Under the pieces are notes generated by a model that was given only the letters and a program-made list of their open reading frames with translations, had not been told where the DNA came from and did not search any database. Positions 1 to 9,355 of a stretch of 64,000 nucleotides of DNA are shown here, one piece after another. Every line of letters starts with the position of its first letter. Position 1 is the first letter of the stretch. The position numbers were made by a program, and so were the translations under genes. The stretch lies in sequence record MK817115.1, one strand, 5' to 3'. This DNA is from Escherichia phage vB_EcoM_phAPEC6.

Positions 1-2
1 TT

Positions 3-1145
3 ATGTTACCTTTTGCAAGAATGGTTAAGTACGGGAATATTGCACCTGCACAAATCGGTAGATATAAAATATACAGTTCATCTTCTTCACTATTTTTATT
101 GGATACCCAAAAACACAATTTGTACAGTACATCGAACATTAATTATACTAGTGGTACAGGTAATGTTGAGCCTAAATTTGTGTTAAGTGCAACTAATGTT
201 AAAAGATTATTACTATCTGATAATAGTTGTGCAATGCAAATATATGAAGATATGAATGGGCGTGCAGCGATGTGTGGCACAAGAACTGCATATAGTGGGG
301 TTGCAAATGATAATGTACTGGTATGGACGGATTGCACTACATGGTTCACAAATGTAGGGTTGAATGTATCAGATATTCAGTACATGTCTGGTTTTTATAA
401 TCTGAAACTAAACATAGTTATGAATAATGGTGATTTGTGGTGTAGTGGGAAAAACAACACTACTACTATGTCATCATTTGGTAATAGCACAAATATCGAT
501 TCATTCAATCAGTTTACCAAAATAACAACAATATCAAATGTTATTAAAGCCACCGGGAATATATACTTATGTGCAGATAATACTTTATGGGGATGTGGTT
601 TTAACTCTTACTATCAGTTAGGGACAGGTAATCAAACATCCAGTATTAATTTGATTATGATGGCTTCTAATGTTATCGACTGTAATGTTGGTCTTCAAAA
701 TACTTATTACTTGACTAATAATAAAGAACTTTATGGATGTGGTACACAATTTGGTACAACTTACGGGAATGAATTTGGAACAGGAAGGCAGGGAACATCA
801 ATACAATATAAGACTCCTACTATAATTTTCACAAATGCAGATGGTCTGGCTGTTTGTGTCGGTAATATGTCTACTCATGTTATTCAATATGATAAAGTTT
901 TTAGTTCTGGTAATAATGCCCTTGCACAGTTGGGTGTAGGCAACCGTGACAATGTGTACACATATACACAATCATTTGATAATTTCAAAATGGATTCTTC
1001 TATAGTACGTGCAAACGTTGGAACATTGATAATGACAGCGGACAATAAGTTATATTACAGTGGGAGAAATGATGTTGTTATGGGTGGAACAAGCACACAA
1101 TACACGACGGTTTTCAGTGAAGTTAATATGTCATTTATACAATGA
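3..1145 (+). CDS. Array member 1: RCC1-like beta-propeller repeat protein with conserved N-terminal leader MLPFARMVKYGN
   Basis: ATG at 3 followed by the shared leader; repeated GxNxxGQLGxG-type blades (LWGCGFNSYYQLGTGNQT, VFSSGNNALAQLGVGNRD); upstream cassette lies outside the window. Confidence 0.85.
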   Translation: MLPFARMVKYGNIAPAQIGRYKIYSSSSSLFLLDTQKHNLYSTSNINYTSGTGNVEPKFVLSATNVKRLLLSDNSCAMQIYEDMNGRAAMCGTRTAYSGVANDNVLVWTDCTTWFTNVGLNVSDIQYMSGFYNLKLNIVMNNGDLWCSGKNNTTTMSSFGNSTNIDSFNQFTKITTISNVIKATGNIYLCADNTLWGCGFNSYYQLGTGNQTSSINLIMMASNVIDCNVGLQNTYYLTNNKELYGCGTQFGTTYGNEFGTGRQGTSIQYKTPTIIFTNADGLAVCVGNMSTHVIQYDKVFSSGNNALAQLGVGNRDNVYTYTQSFDNFKMDSSIVRANVGTLIMTADNKLYYSGRNDVVMGGTSTQYTTVFSEVNMSFIQ

Positions 1146-1217
1146 ATTAATGCCAGTACTTGATACTGGCTTTTCTTTTTTGTATTAAATATAGTATAAT
1201 GAATAAAGGAGGGAATT
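1146..1217 (+). promoter_or_regulatory. Array cassette: terminator hairpin + promoter-like box + RBS
   Basis: Hairpin GCCAGTA-CTTGA-TACTGGC followed by a T-run; invariant GTATTAAATATAGTATAATGAATAA; AAGGAGGG 7-8 nt before ATG. Confidence 0.7.
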
Positions 1218-2360
1218 ATGTTACCTTTTGCAAGAATGGTTAAGTACGGAAATGAAGCACCAGAACCAAAACCTCTATTTAAAAATAGATTACAAGCAAA
1301 TTATAATACTCGTTTTTATTTGCATGTTAATGGTGACTTGTACTGGTATGGTTCATCTTCATTTGGACAAGGTGGTAATGGTTCATTACAATCATCCACC
1401 GTATGGACCCGTGTGAATAATAATATTGAACGTTACTGGGGTGGTGTTCTTGGTTCCATTGCCATTAAGAATGATGGAACTATTTGGTTCACAGGTGCTA
1501 GTATAGTAATGCCACAAATCGGAACAAATACAAATGGGGTTTGGATTGATGTAACCCAGTACTTCACTGATTTTGGTGTCAGTGCTGATGATATTGATGG
1601 TATTGCTGTTGGACAGAATTTGCGTGTATTTTTGAAAAATGGAAAATGGTTCTACTGTGGTGCTGGCGAGGGTGGTGTATTTGGTAACGCATCAACAGCT
1701 AATGTCACATCGTTCAGATACAGCACTATAGAAAATGTTAAAAGTTATGGCTGTTCTTTGCTCAGTACTGGGTTAGTTCTTGATGATGGTTCCTATTGGT
1801 ATGCAGGAAATACTGTTGCTCCTGGTAGTACAACAACATCAAATATATTAAGTTTTACAAAAGACAATACGATCACCAATGCTATACAAGCTGTAAATAC
1901 ATACCGTACTTCATATATATTTCTTAATGATGGTTCAGTGAAGGTTGCTTCACCAAATGCATATGGTCAAGCTGGTGTAGGTAGAGTATCAGCAGTACCA
2001 ATGAGTACATTAATTCCCAATTTATCATTCCAAGGTGAAATAGAGTTGGTGGGTGGTTTATCCAACAACGAAGGGAATGGATGTGTTGTTAAAAATAATA
2101 ATAAGTTATATACTTGTGGTCGAAATACCTATGGTGCATGTGGTGTTAATCAAACATCCGAAAATATACTAACTTTCACCGAAATGGTTCTTGATGCATT
2201 AGAAGGAAGACGAATTTCAGGCTTCGTAATTGATAATTTCTATTCAATGATAATTGATGAAAATAACAATTTGTATATGAGTGGTTTGGCTGAACTTGGA
2301 AATGTTCCAGCCGTGAGAGTTCCAACCAGAGTCCCCGATTCCCTTCTACCGTGGAAATAA
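1218..2360 (+). CDS. Array member 2: RCC1-like beta-propeller repeat protein with MLPFARMVKYGN leader
   Basis: Shared leader; blade motifs LYWYGSSSFGQGGNG, LYTCGRNTYGACGVN; own cassette upstream. Confidence 0.85.
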   Translation: MLPFARMVKYGNEAPEPKPLFKNRLQANYNTRFYLHVNGDLYWYGSSSFGQGGNGSLQSSTVWTRVNNNIERYWGGVLGSIAIKNDGTIWFTGASIVMPQIGTNTNGVWIDVTQYFTDFGVSADDIDGIAVGQNLRVFLKNGKWFYCGAGEGGVFGNASTANVTSFRYSTIENVKSYGCSLLSTGLVLDDGSYWYAGNTVAPGSTTTSNILSFTKDNTITNAIQAVNTYRTSYIFLNDGSVKVASPNAYGQAGVGRVSAVPMSTLIPNLSFQGEIELVGGLSNNEGNGCVVKNNNKLYTCGRNTYGACGVNQTSENILTFTEMVLDALEGRRISGFVIDNFYSMIIDENNNLYMSGLAELGNVPAVRVPTRVPDSLLPWK

Positions 2361-2433
2361 TGTAATATGCCAGTACTTGATGCTGGCTTTTCTTTTTTGT
2401 ATTAAATATAGTATAATGAATAAGGAGGGATTT
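2361..2433 (+). promoter_or_regulatory. Array cassette: terminator hairpin + promoter-like box + RBS
   Basis: Same hairpin, TATTAAATATAGTATAAT box and AAGGAGGG as other cassettes. Confidence 0.7.
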
Positions 2434-3543
2434 ATGTTACCTTTTGGAAGAATGGTTAAGTACGGAAATATTGTACCTGGTCCTAAAAATATAATTAAAG
2501 TTGGTGCTTCTACACAAGGTCAATTCTTATTGACTGATTCACATGATTTATATTACATAGGTAGAAATCAAGGTGGTGAATCTGGAAATGGTAATACCAA
2601 CACGGTATCTTCATGGATATTAGTAAGTGCAGATGTTTCTAATTTTTTCGTGGGTGATCGTACACTTGTTATTATTAAAAATGATAATACTATATGGACA
2701 TCAGGTCAAACGTACTGGTTCTCATCTTCTACGACTACTTCTTACAGTACTGTATTAGTTGAAAGGACTAATTGGTTTACTAATGCTATACCAGTCAGTG
2801 AAATTGCTAATATTGTATGTACAAATGGTTTAATATTTGTACTTAGCACTAATTCAGTACTCTATGGTGCAGGAGATAATGGATATCGTGGTTCTTTGGG
2901 TATTGGTTCATCATCAATTTATACATTAACTCAATGTGCTACGAACGTTCGTAAAGTAATGACCAATGCGAATGATAGTATGTATCTTACATTAGATAAT
3001 AAGCTATATAGTTCTGGATGGAATAGTAGTGGGCAGCATGGTACGGGGAACCAAACACAAATTAACACTTGGGGATTGCGTAGTTCTGGTGTAATCGATG
3101 CAGCCATTGGTGGTAATGCATTAAATTACTATAATGGTACATCATATTTCGTATGTGGTCAAACTCCAAACTTTCTTAGTTCAGGTACGACTACATTCCG
3201 TGCAGTTCCTGTAAGTACTTTGCCTAATAGTTCTCCGTTGTTTATGACGAATTCACCTGCATTAAATACTGCTACACAAATGGTAATTACTAGTACATAT
3301 CAAAAGGGTGTTGGGGCGAACCGTGGTTTGGGATTAAACAATTCTCAAACTGGTGCTATATATAGTGCTACCAATTTACAATTACCCGTTGAAGTTAGTG
3401 AGATTAGGGATGTTCTTTTTAGTGATGGTTTGACATCGATATTAACCAAAAATGGAGATGTGTATAGTACTGGATCGTATTACGCCATTCCAGGTGCAAT
3501 CGAGGATGTTGCAGTCTTTACTAAAATTGATTTACCAAAATAA
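2434..3543 (+). CDS. Array member 3: RCC1-like beta-propeller repeat protein with MLPFGRMVKYGN leader
   Basis: ORF-track start 2377 lies inside the cassette; ATG at 2434 is RBS-preceded and gives the shared leader; blades LYGAGDNGYRGSLGIG, LYSSGWNSSGQHGTGN. Confidence 0.85.
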   Translation: MLPFGRMVKYGNIVPGPKNIIKVGASTQGQFLLTDSHDLYYIGRNQGGESGNGNTNTVSSWILVSADVSNFFVGDRTLVIIKNDNTIWTSGQTYWFSSSTTTSYSTVLVERTNWFTNAIPVSEIANIVCTNGLIFVLSTNSVLYGAGDNGYRGSLGIGSSSIYTLTQCATNVRKVMTNANDSMYLTLDNKLYSSGWNSSGQHGTGNQTQINTWGLRSSGVIDAAIGGNALNYYNGTSYFVCGQTPNFLSSGTTTFRAVPVSTLPNSSPLFMTNSPALNTATQMVITSTYQKGVGANRGLGLNNSQTGAIYSATNLQLPVEVSEIRDVLFSDGLTSILTKNGDVYSTGSYYAIPGAIEDVAVFTKIDLPK

Positions 3544-3613
3544 CATAATGCCAGTGCTTGATACTAGCATTCTTATTTGTATTAAATATAGTATAATGAA
3601 TAAGGAGGGAAAT
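3544..3613 (+). promoter_or_regulatory. Array cassette: terminator hairpin + promoter-like box + RBS
   Basis: GCCAGTGCTTGATACTAGC hairpin, TATTAAATATAGTATAAT, AAGGAGGG. Confidence 0.7.
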
Positions 3614-4810
3614 ATGTTACCTTTTGGAAGAATGATTAAGTACGGGAATATTGCACCAGGGCCAAGTCCAGTGGCTTTCTCTGACGTTCTACAACAACAT
3701 TACACAAACTGTATGTATCTACATACACCAACTAATACTTTATATGGTTATGGTAATAATAATTTATGTCAATTAGGTGTTGGGAATCAATCTATAGTTT
3801 CGACATTTACAGTACTTGCAAGGGGTTGTGCAGCCTTTTGGCTCGGTGTTCATGGTTCATTGATGATTGATTTGGATAATAGAATATACTACACTGGTTC
3901 TGGTGCTGCCTTTCCTGATTATGGAGATGCAACACTTGTGAATGGTTTTATGACACAATGGACGGATGTTACTGTTGCATTTAATAAAATTGGTGTTATT
4001 GCTAATATGATCAAGAGTGTACATATAGGTGAGAGTACTAGAATATTATTAACCGATGGTAGAGTAATTGCGTGTGGAAAAAACACTTATGGTGAATGTG
4101 GTTCTGGGAACACAAATGCTATCCCTACACTAACAGTTATGACTGACATGGGTGAAGTTTCTCAACTCGCGTGTTCATTACAGGGTACACACTATCTCAA
4201 AACAAATAAAGACGCATGGTTTTGTGGTAAGGATAATGTTGGTGCAAGTGGTTGTGGTGCTGCTGGTGTTGTACATCTTAATAAACTCGTAACAAGTAAT
4301 GTCGAATATATTAGTGCTACATATGATATAACTTGGTGGTTTATTAGAGGTGGTTATGTATACTATAGTGGTTCTAACTCGTTTGCACAAGCGGGTAATG
4401 GTACATTTTCATCAACTAATCAGCTTAGGCCCACTAGAAACTTAGATCTTGCTTCAATTGTAGTTGATGATAATTTTGTATGTCCTAGTAATATGGGGAA
4501 TAGTTCAATTGGTACACCTATGGCAAAATATGATCCGAATATTAGAAGTGGTGGTGTTAACACATATGGTCAGGAAGGTACAGGAAATAATAATATAGTG
4601 ACGAAGTGGAATACCTTTAACATTAGTGCAATCACTGGAGGATTTGACAATATTCTTATGGCATCTAAAGACTGGTGTAGGACAATAATTATTACTAAAG
4701 ATTACAAAGTGTATGCGTGTGGAGGATTTAATGGTTCTGGTGGTATCTTACCAGATGGTACTTATGCTATTAAAACATTAACATTAATGCCAACACAACA
4801 ATGGCAATAA
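3614..4810 (+). CDS. Array member 4: RCC1-like beta-propeller repeat protein with MLPFGRMIKYGN leader
   Basis: ATG at 3614 after RBS; blades LYGYGNNNLCQLGVGN, VIACGKNTYGECGSGN; ORF-track start 3452 is an upstream extension through the cassette. Confidence 0.85.
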   Translation: MLPFGRMIKYGNIAPGPSPVAFSDVLQQHYTNCMYLHTPTNTLYGYGNNNLCQLGVGNQSIVSTFTVLARGCAAFWLGVHGSLMIDLDNRIYYTGSGAAFPDYGDATLVNGFMTQWTDVTVAFNKIGVIANMIKSVHIGESTRILLTDGRVIACGKNTYGECGSGNTNAIPTLTVMTDMGEVSQLACSLQGTHYLKTNKDAWFCGKDNVGASGCGAAGVVHLNKLVTSNVEYISATYDITWWFIRGGYVYYSGSNSFAQAGNGTFSSTNQLRPTRNLDLASIVVDDNFVCPSNMGNSSIGTPMAKYDPNIRSGGVNTYGQEGTGNNNIVTKWNTFNISAITGGFDNILMASKDWCRTIIITKDYKVYACGGFNGSGGILPDGTYAIKTLTLMPTQQWQ

Positions 4811-4822
4811 TAGGAGAAAATA

Positions 4823-5992
4823 ATGTTACCTTTTGGAAGAATGATTAAGTACGGAAATATTGCACCAACACCACCGAAATTTAAAAAAATACTCGCCAAT
4901 AACTACAACGTTGCAGTTTTAACAAGCAGTGGGGATTTATATGTACGTGGGAATAATCAAAACGGTCAATTGGGTTTAGGTCACAAAGAAACAGTTACTA
5001 CATGGACGATTAGCACTTCTGGTGTTCAAGATTTTTGGTTTGGTAGTTCATCACTAGTGGTTAAGAAAACCGATGATGAAATATGGTACAGTGGGCAGTC
5101 AACTACAATTGGTATGCCAGGGGCATCCGTGTCAGTGTGGACTTCTGCCATGCCGACATTCAATACATTAACATTACCAATATTAGATATGGCAGTTAGT
5201 AATCAGACTACAAGTGTATTACTATCTGACCGAACAATATGGAGTAGTGGGGTAGGAAGCAATGGTCAATTGGGTAATGGAACTGCGACGAACAACATTT
5301 CAGGTAAATTCGTCCAAAGTACTGTTTCAACAGAAGAAGATCAATTACCAGTTAAATTGTTTGCCAGTAATTTAATGCATGGATATGTTACGTCGAACGG
5401 CTGGTTATACTACACTGGGCAACCCAATGCAGTTAGCACTAATGGCAGTGCGATATATAGTGTTTATACTAGTGCTCCTATTAGTCTAAGGAATTCCATT
5501 AATATCAAGTACTATACAAATAATGGAACTTCGATGGCGATGGCTATTGGTACAGATCCAAATGGCAAGACCGTAATTGCTAATGGCGGCCCTAGGATAT
5601 TTGGTGCACAGGCTGATGGAGTAAATGGTCAACTAAGTAATGTTAGGTCATTTGCTGTTCAAACCGAATCACTAATGCCACCAGGTGATGTAGTAAGTAT
5701 TGCTCATAATACTTCATATTATAACCAAGTTATTGCTACAACAGATGGTATATATTGTTGCGGCTACAACCGATCTACACAAGCTGGTATGTTAGGCATT
5801 GGTACATCTACTAACGCATTAGTATATACCAAAGCAATCGTACCTGATGGTTTTGATTATAGTAAATCGCAAATGGTAGGTGGGTATAACCGTACTTATA
5901 TAACTGATGGTAATTTTGTATATAGTGCTGGGACAGATGTCACATATGGTGGCGTTAGTAGCTTAGAATTTGTATTAGATTCACCAGTTTAA
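4823..5992 (+). CDS. Array member 5: RCC1-like beta-propeller repeat protein with MLPFGRMIKYGN leader; directly coupled to member 4
   Basis: Only 12 nt (TAATAGGAGAAAATA) separate it from member 4, no cassette; blades LYVRGNNQNGQLGLGH, IWSSGVGSNGQLGNGT. Confidence 0.85.
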   Translation: MLPFGRMIKYGNIAPTPPKFKKILANNYNVAVLTSSGDLYVRGNNQNGQLGLGHKETVTTWTISTSGVQDFWFGSSSLVVKKTDDEIWYSGQSTTIGMPGASVSVWTSAMPTFNTLTLPILDMAVSNQTTSVLLSDRTIWSSGVGSNGQLGNGTATNNISGKFVQSTVSTEEDQLPVKLFASNLMHGYVTSNGWLYYTGQPNAVSTNGSAIYSVYTSAPISLRNSINIKYYTNNGTSMAMAIGTDPNGKTVIANGGPRIFGAQADGVNGQLSNVRSFAVQTESLMPPGDVVSIAHNTSYYNQVIATTDGIYCCGYNRSTQAGMLGIGTSTNALVYTKAIVPDGFDYSKSQMVGGYNRTYITDGNFVYSAGTDVTYGGVSSLEFVLDSPV

Positions 5993-6062
5993 ATATATGC
6001 CAGTACTTGATACTGGCATTCTTATTTGTATTAAATATAGTATAATGAATAAGGAGGGAATT
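5993..6062 (+). promoter_or_regulatory. Array cassette: terminator hairpin + promoter-like box + RBS
   Basis: GCCAGTACTTGATACTGGC hairpin, TATTAAATATAGTATAAT, AAGGAGGG. Confidence 0.7.
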
Positions 6063-7253
6063 ATGTTACCTTTTGCAAGAATGATGAATTATGGGAATAT
6101 TGTGCCTGTACCACTACAAATTAAGAAAATAATACCAACTGATACTGATGTTGTTGTACTTTATACTGATGGTCAACTATACGCACGAGGCAGTAATAGT
6201 TTTGGGAAGTTTGGTAGAGGAAATAATAATGCAGTAAGGTCGTGGACATTAATTAGAGAAAATGTCAAAGATTGCTGGATGACACAAGGAACTTTGTTAG
6301 TTCAAGATAAGGACTTAAATTATTTTTATTGTGGATATGGTAGTCATATTGGTTTAGAAACTAGTACTACATCATTTTTAAGTTATAACCAATATATTGA
6401 AAATTTGTACACACAAAGTTCAAGTACTTCAATTAAACAGATGTATGCAGGTACTACGTGGTTTACTTTCTTAATGGATAATAATACAATATGGAGTACA
6501 GGGTGGAATAGTGCTAGACAATTCGCAGATGGTACAGGAACTACTTATCAAATATCAGATGGTTCATTTGTTAAAGCGGTAACACCAGATGTAGATATTG
6601 CACAAATACAGTCAACAAATTACTGTGTAATGTTTTTTGATACACAAAATAATTTATATATTGGTGGTAGTACATCTGGCATAAGTACTAGTACCACATG
6701 GACACCATTTAATGAATATACTTTGTATAAGCCAAGTACCACATATACAAAAACATTACAATATACTGGTTGTTCAATTGGTGCTGTCAGTGCTTTAGTA
6801 GAGAATCCAAGTACAGGAGCACGTCAGTTCCTAGTAGGTGGTAACGCTAATAATGGGGCATGGGGTAATAACACTACGAATAGTACAGCACTAGCAGTAT
6901 TAGGGAATAATAGTACTACATTACCATCAGGAACTTATTATTCAATCCATACTGGATATGCAGCACAATCTAGTATACTAGTTACGAGTACAGGTGTATA
7001 TGCAACTGGTTTAAATGCGAGTGGTTATGCTGGTACATTAGGTGTTGGTTCTAATGTTACTATTGGTAGATTTACTATATGTCCAATGCCAGCAGAAATA
7101 TCATATTCTATGTATGATAAAATAAAAATATATCGCGGTTCGTATCGTACTTTTCTAACTGCTGATATGAAAAATATATATTCAACCGGAACGTATGATG
7201 ATGGTGGACCTAGTACAAATAGATATGTTCTGGATACACCTAGACAATTGTAA
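6063..7253 (+). CDS. Array member 6: RCC1-like beta-propeller repeat protein with MLPFARMMNYGN leader
   Basis: ATG at 6063 after RBS; blades LYARGSNSFGKFGRGN, VYATGLNASGYAGTLGVG. Confidence 0.8.
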   Translation: MLPFARMMNYGNIVPVPLQIKKIIPTDTDVVVLYTDGQLYARGSNSFGKFGRGNNNAVRSWTLIRENVKDCWMTQGTLLVQDKDLNYFYCGYGSHIGLETSTTSFLSYNQYIENLYTQSSSTSIKQMYAGTTWFTFLMDNNTIWSTGWNSARQFADGTGTTYQISDGSFVKAVTPDVDIAQIQSTNYCVMFFDTQNNLYIGGSTSGISTSTTWTPFNEYTLYKPSTTYTKTLQYTGCSIGAVSALVENPSTGARQFLVGGNANNGAWGNNTTNSTALAVLGNNSTTLPSGTYYSIHTGYAAQSSILVTSTGVYATGLNASGYAGTLGVGSNVTIGRFTICPMPAEISYSMYDKIKIYRGSYRTFLTADMKNIYSTGTYDDGGPSTNRYVLDTPRQL

Positions 7254-7324
7254 TAATTTCGCCAGTACAAAGTACTGGCTTTCTTATTTGTATTAAATAT
7301 AGTATAATGAATAAAGGAGGAAGT
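7254..7324 (+). promoter_or_regulatory. Array cassette: terminator hairpin + promoter-like box + RBS
   Basis: GCCAGTAC-AAA-GTACTGGC hairpin, TATTAAATATAGTATAAT, AAAGGAGG. Confidence 0.7.
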
Positions 7325-8059
7325 ATGTTACCTTTTGGAAGAATGGTAAAGTACGGGAATAAAATTGAATATAAGCCAGATGGTGAACAATTAATCACGA
7401 CAATAGGAACAACACAATTTACAGTTCCTGCTGGCGTTACCGAAATATCAGTATGTGTTATTTCGCCGGGTGGTCAACGTGGTGCTGGTGGCGGCTTATC
7501 GTGGCGTAATAATATTCCGGTTACTAGTGGTGAGTACTTAAGTGTTTCTCTTACACATCCCAACACTACTACAGCAGTTGAAAACGGTTTATATCGTGGA
7601 ACTGAAAAACTATGTGTTAGCTTCACTGGTGAATATAGGGTTGGTGGACTAGGTGGGAAAGCTGCTAACGCTATTAATGATGGTGGTGGTAATGGGGGCA
7701 ACGCTGGTGTAAGTGGTGGTGCAGTCATTGGTGGTGGTGCTGGTGGCTACACTGGTAAAGGTGGTAACGGAGATGCAATCACTGGTGAAAATGGTGCTGG
7801 CGGCGGCGGTGGTGGTGCATTCTATAATACCTCGTTCATTGGTACGGGTGGTGGTACTGGTATCATTGTTCAAGGTGCTAATGGTATTGGCGGTAGATAC
7901 GATGGTTCATATAATGGTGGTGCTGGTAGTGGTGGTGCTGGTAAGATGTATGGTGGTGGTGGTAGTATATGGGATAATTTTTCTTATACGGCTGCTGGTG
8001 GTGGTGCTGTGCGAATAATATGGGGACGTGGGAGATATTATCCTAACAATTCAGTCTAA
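7325..8059 (+). CDS. Array member 7: glycine-rich low-complexity protein carrying the same MLPFGRMVKYGN leader
   Basis: ATG at 7325 after RBS; leader identical to neighbours; body is Gly-rich (GGGAGGYTGKGGNGD, GAGGGGGGAF) with no RCC1 blades. Confidence 0.75.
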   Translation: MLPFGRMVKYGNKIEYKPDGEQLITTIGTTQFTVPAGVTEISVCVISPGGQRGAGGGLSWRNNIPVTSGEYLSVSLTHPNTTTAVENGLYRGTEKLCVSFTGEYRVGGLGGKAANAINDGGGNGGNAGVSGGAVIGGGAGGYTGKGGNGDAITGENGAGGGGGGAFYNTSFIGTGGGTGIIVQGANGIGGRYDGSYNGGAGSGGAGKMYGGGGSIWDNFSYTAAGGGAVRIIWGRGRYYPNNSV

Positions 8060-8131
8060 AATATAGGCCAGTACTTTGTACTGGCTTTCTTATTTGTATT
8101 AAATATAGTATAATGAATAAGGAGGGGAATT
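8060..8131 (+). promoter_or_regulatory. Array cassette: terminator hairpin + promoter-like box + RBS
   Basis: GCCAGTAC-TTT-GTACTGGC hairpin, TATTAAATATAGTATAAT, AAGGAGGG. Confidence 0.7.
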
Positions 8132-9283
8132 ATGTTACCTTTTGGAAGAATGGTTAAGTACGGGAATATTGCACCAGTTCCAGTAGTTCCTACAATAAAA
8201 GATTTTAAGATTGGCTTTTCACATGAAGTGTTATTGGACAGTGAAGGTGATGTGTGGGGTATTGGATATAATACCGCTGGTCAGTTGGGATTTCTGGACG
8301 CTAACACAAATTCAATAGGAATGTGGTCTAAGATACATGAGAATGTTAGATTAATTGGCGTTACTACCAATTATACTGTAGTTGTTACAAATGATAATAG
8401 AATACTTTACGCCGGAAATAACTTAATTTCTAGTACTACAACGCTTGGGTGGAACGATATAACGTCTAGTATGGGAGCGGTTGTAGTGGATAGCATCGAT
8501 GCATTATATTGCACAGATGGCATGATGCATATTAAAACTGCTGATGGTTCTTTATACGCATATGGACGTAATATGAACGCAAACGCTGGAGTTACTGGTG
8601 TTTCTGGAGTTATTAGTGTTGCAACTAAAGTTAGTGGTTTACCATCGGCTGTGAAAGATATACGATATACGTTTAGTTATGGTACAGTACTATGTCAATT
8701 AGATACCACCTCGGTATATGGATGGGGAAGAAATGTCAATGGTGAATTAGGTCAGGGGAACGCAGCCGCAGTTCCTACCCCATCCCAAAGGGCGGGTGCT
8801 TCTATTGCTATAGGTACTTCGTATAATGCTACTGCAATTGTTTCCGGTACTGCATCGTTGGTTACATGTGGTGGACAAAATGATGGTCAGTTAGGTAATG
8901 GTATTACTACTGCTGGTAATGTATACACATATGGTGCTAGAGCATACCCAAGCGATCTTAATAATATAAGAAGTCCAGTGGATTGCAGTACAACTTATAC
9001 ATCTGCATTTATGAGTCCAGATGGCATATATTACACGGGTTCGAACCGAAGTGTGTTTGGTGGTCCGAGCGGGGCTGCCACTGTTGCATTATATACCAAA
9101 TGTAGTGATTTACCAATATTATATTCTAATATAACACAGTGGTGTAGTGGTACTATTGGTGGTGCGATATGTAGCAGTACTGAATTATATCAGTGTGGGA
9201 CCGGTAGATACATTGCCGGAGATGGGCAGAACGCAACTAGGTATGGGTTTAGAAAGACACCATTACCTTGGGATGTTTATTGA
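8132..9283 (+). CDS. Array member 8: RCC1-like beta-propeller repeat protein with MLPFGRMVKYGN leader
   Basis: Blades VWGIGYNTAGQLGF, VYGWGRNVNGELGQGN, VTCGGQNDGQLGNG. Confidence 0.85.
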   Translation: MLPFGRMVKYGNIAPVPVVPTIKDFKIGFSHEVLLDSEGDVWGIGYNTAGQLGFLDANTNSIGMWSKIHENVRLIGVTTNYTVVVTNDNRILYAGNNLISSTTTLGWNDITSSMGAVVVDSIDALYCTDGMMHIKTADGSLYAYGRNMNANAGVTGVSGVISVATKVSGLPSAVKDIRYTFSYGTVLCQLDTTSVYGWGRNVNGELGQGNAAAVPTPSQRAGASIAIGTSYNATAIVSGTASLVTCGGQNDGQLGNGITTAGNVYTYGARAYPSDLNNIRSPVDCSTTYTSAFMSPDGIYYTGSNRSVFGGPSGAATVALYTKCSDLPILYSNITQWCSGTIGGAICSSTELYQCGTGRYIAGDGQNATRYGFRKTPLPWDVY

Positions 9284-9355
9284 CATAAAGCCAGTACTCA
9301 AGTACTGGCATTTCTTTTTGTATTAAATATAGTATAATGAATAAAGGAGGAATTT
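9284..9355 (+). promoter_or_regulatory. Array cassette: terminator hairpin + promoter-like box + RBS
   Basis: GCCAGTACTCAAGTACTGGC hairpin, TATTAAATATAGTATAAT, AAAGGAGG. Confidence 0.7.

Noticed and set aside
2377-7324. Longer ORF-track starts for array members (2377, 3452, 5997, 7307)
   Set aside because: The upstream extensions translate the terminator/promoter cassette; the ATG preceded by AAGGAGG gives the shared MLPF leader in every case.
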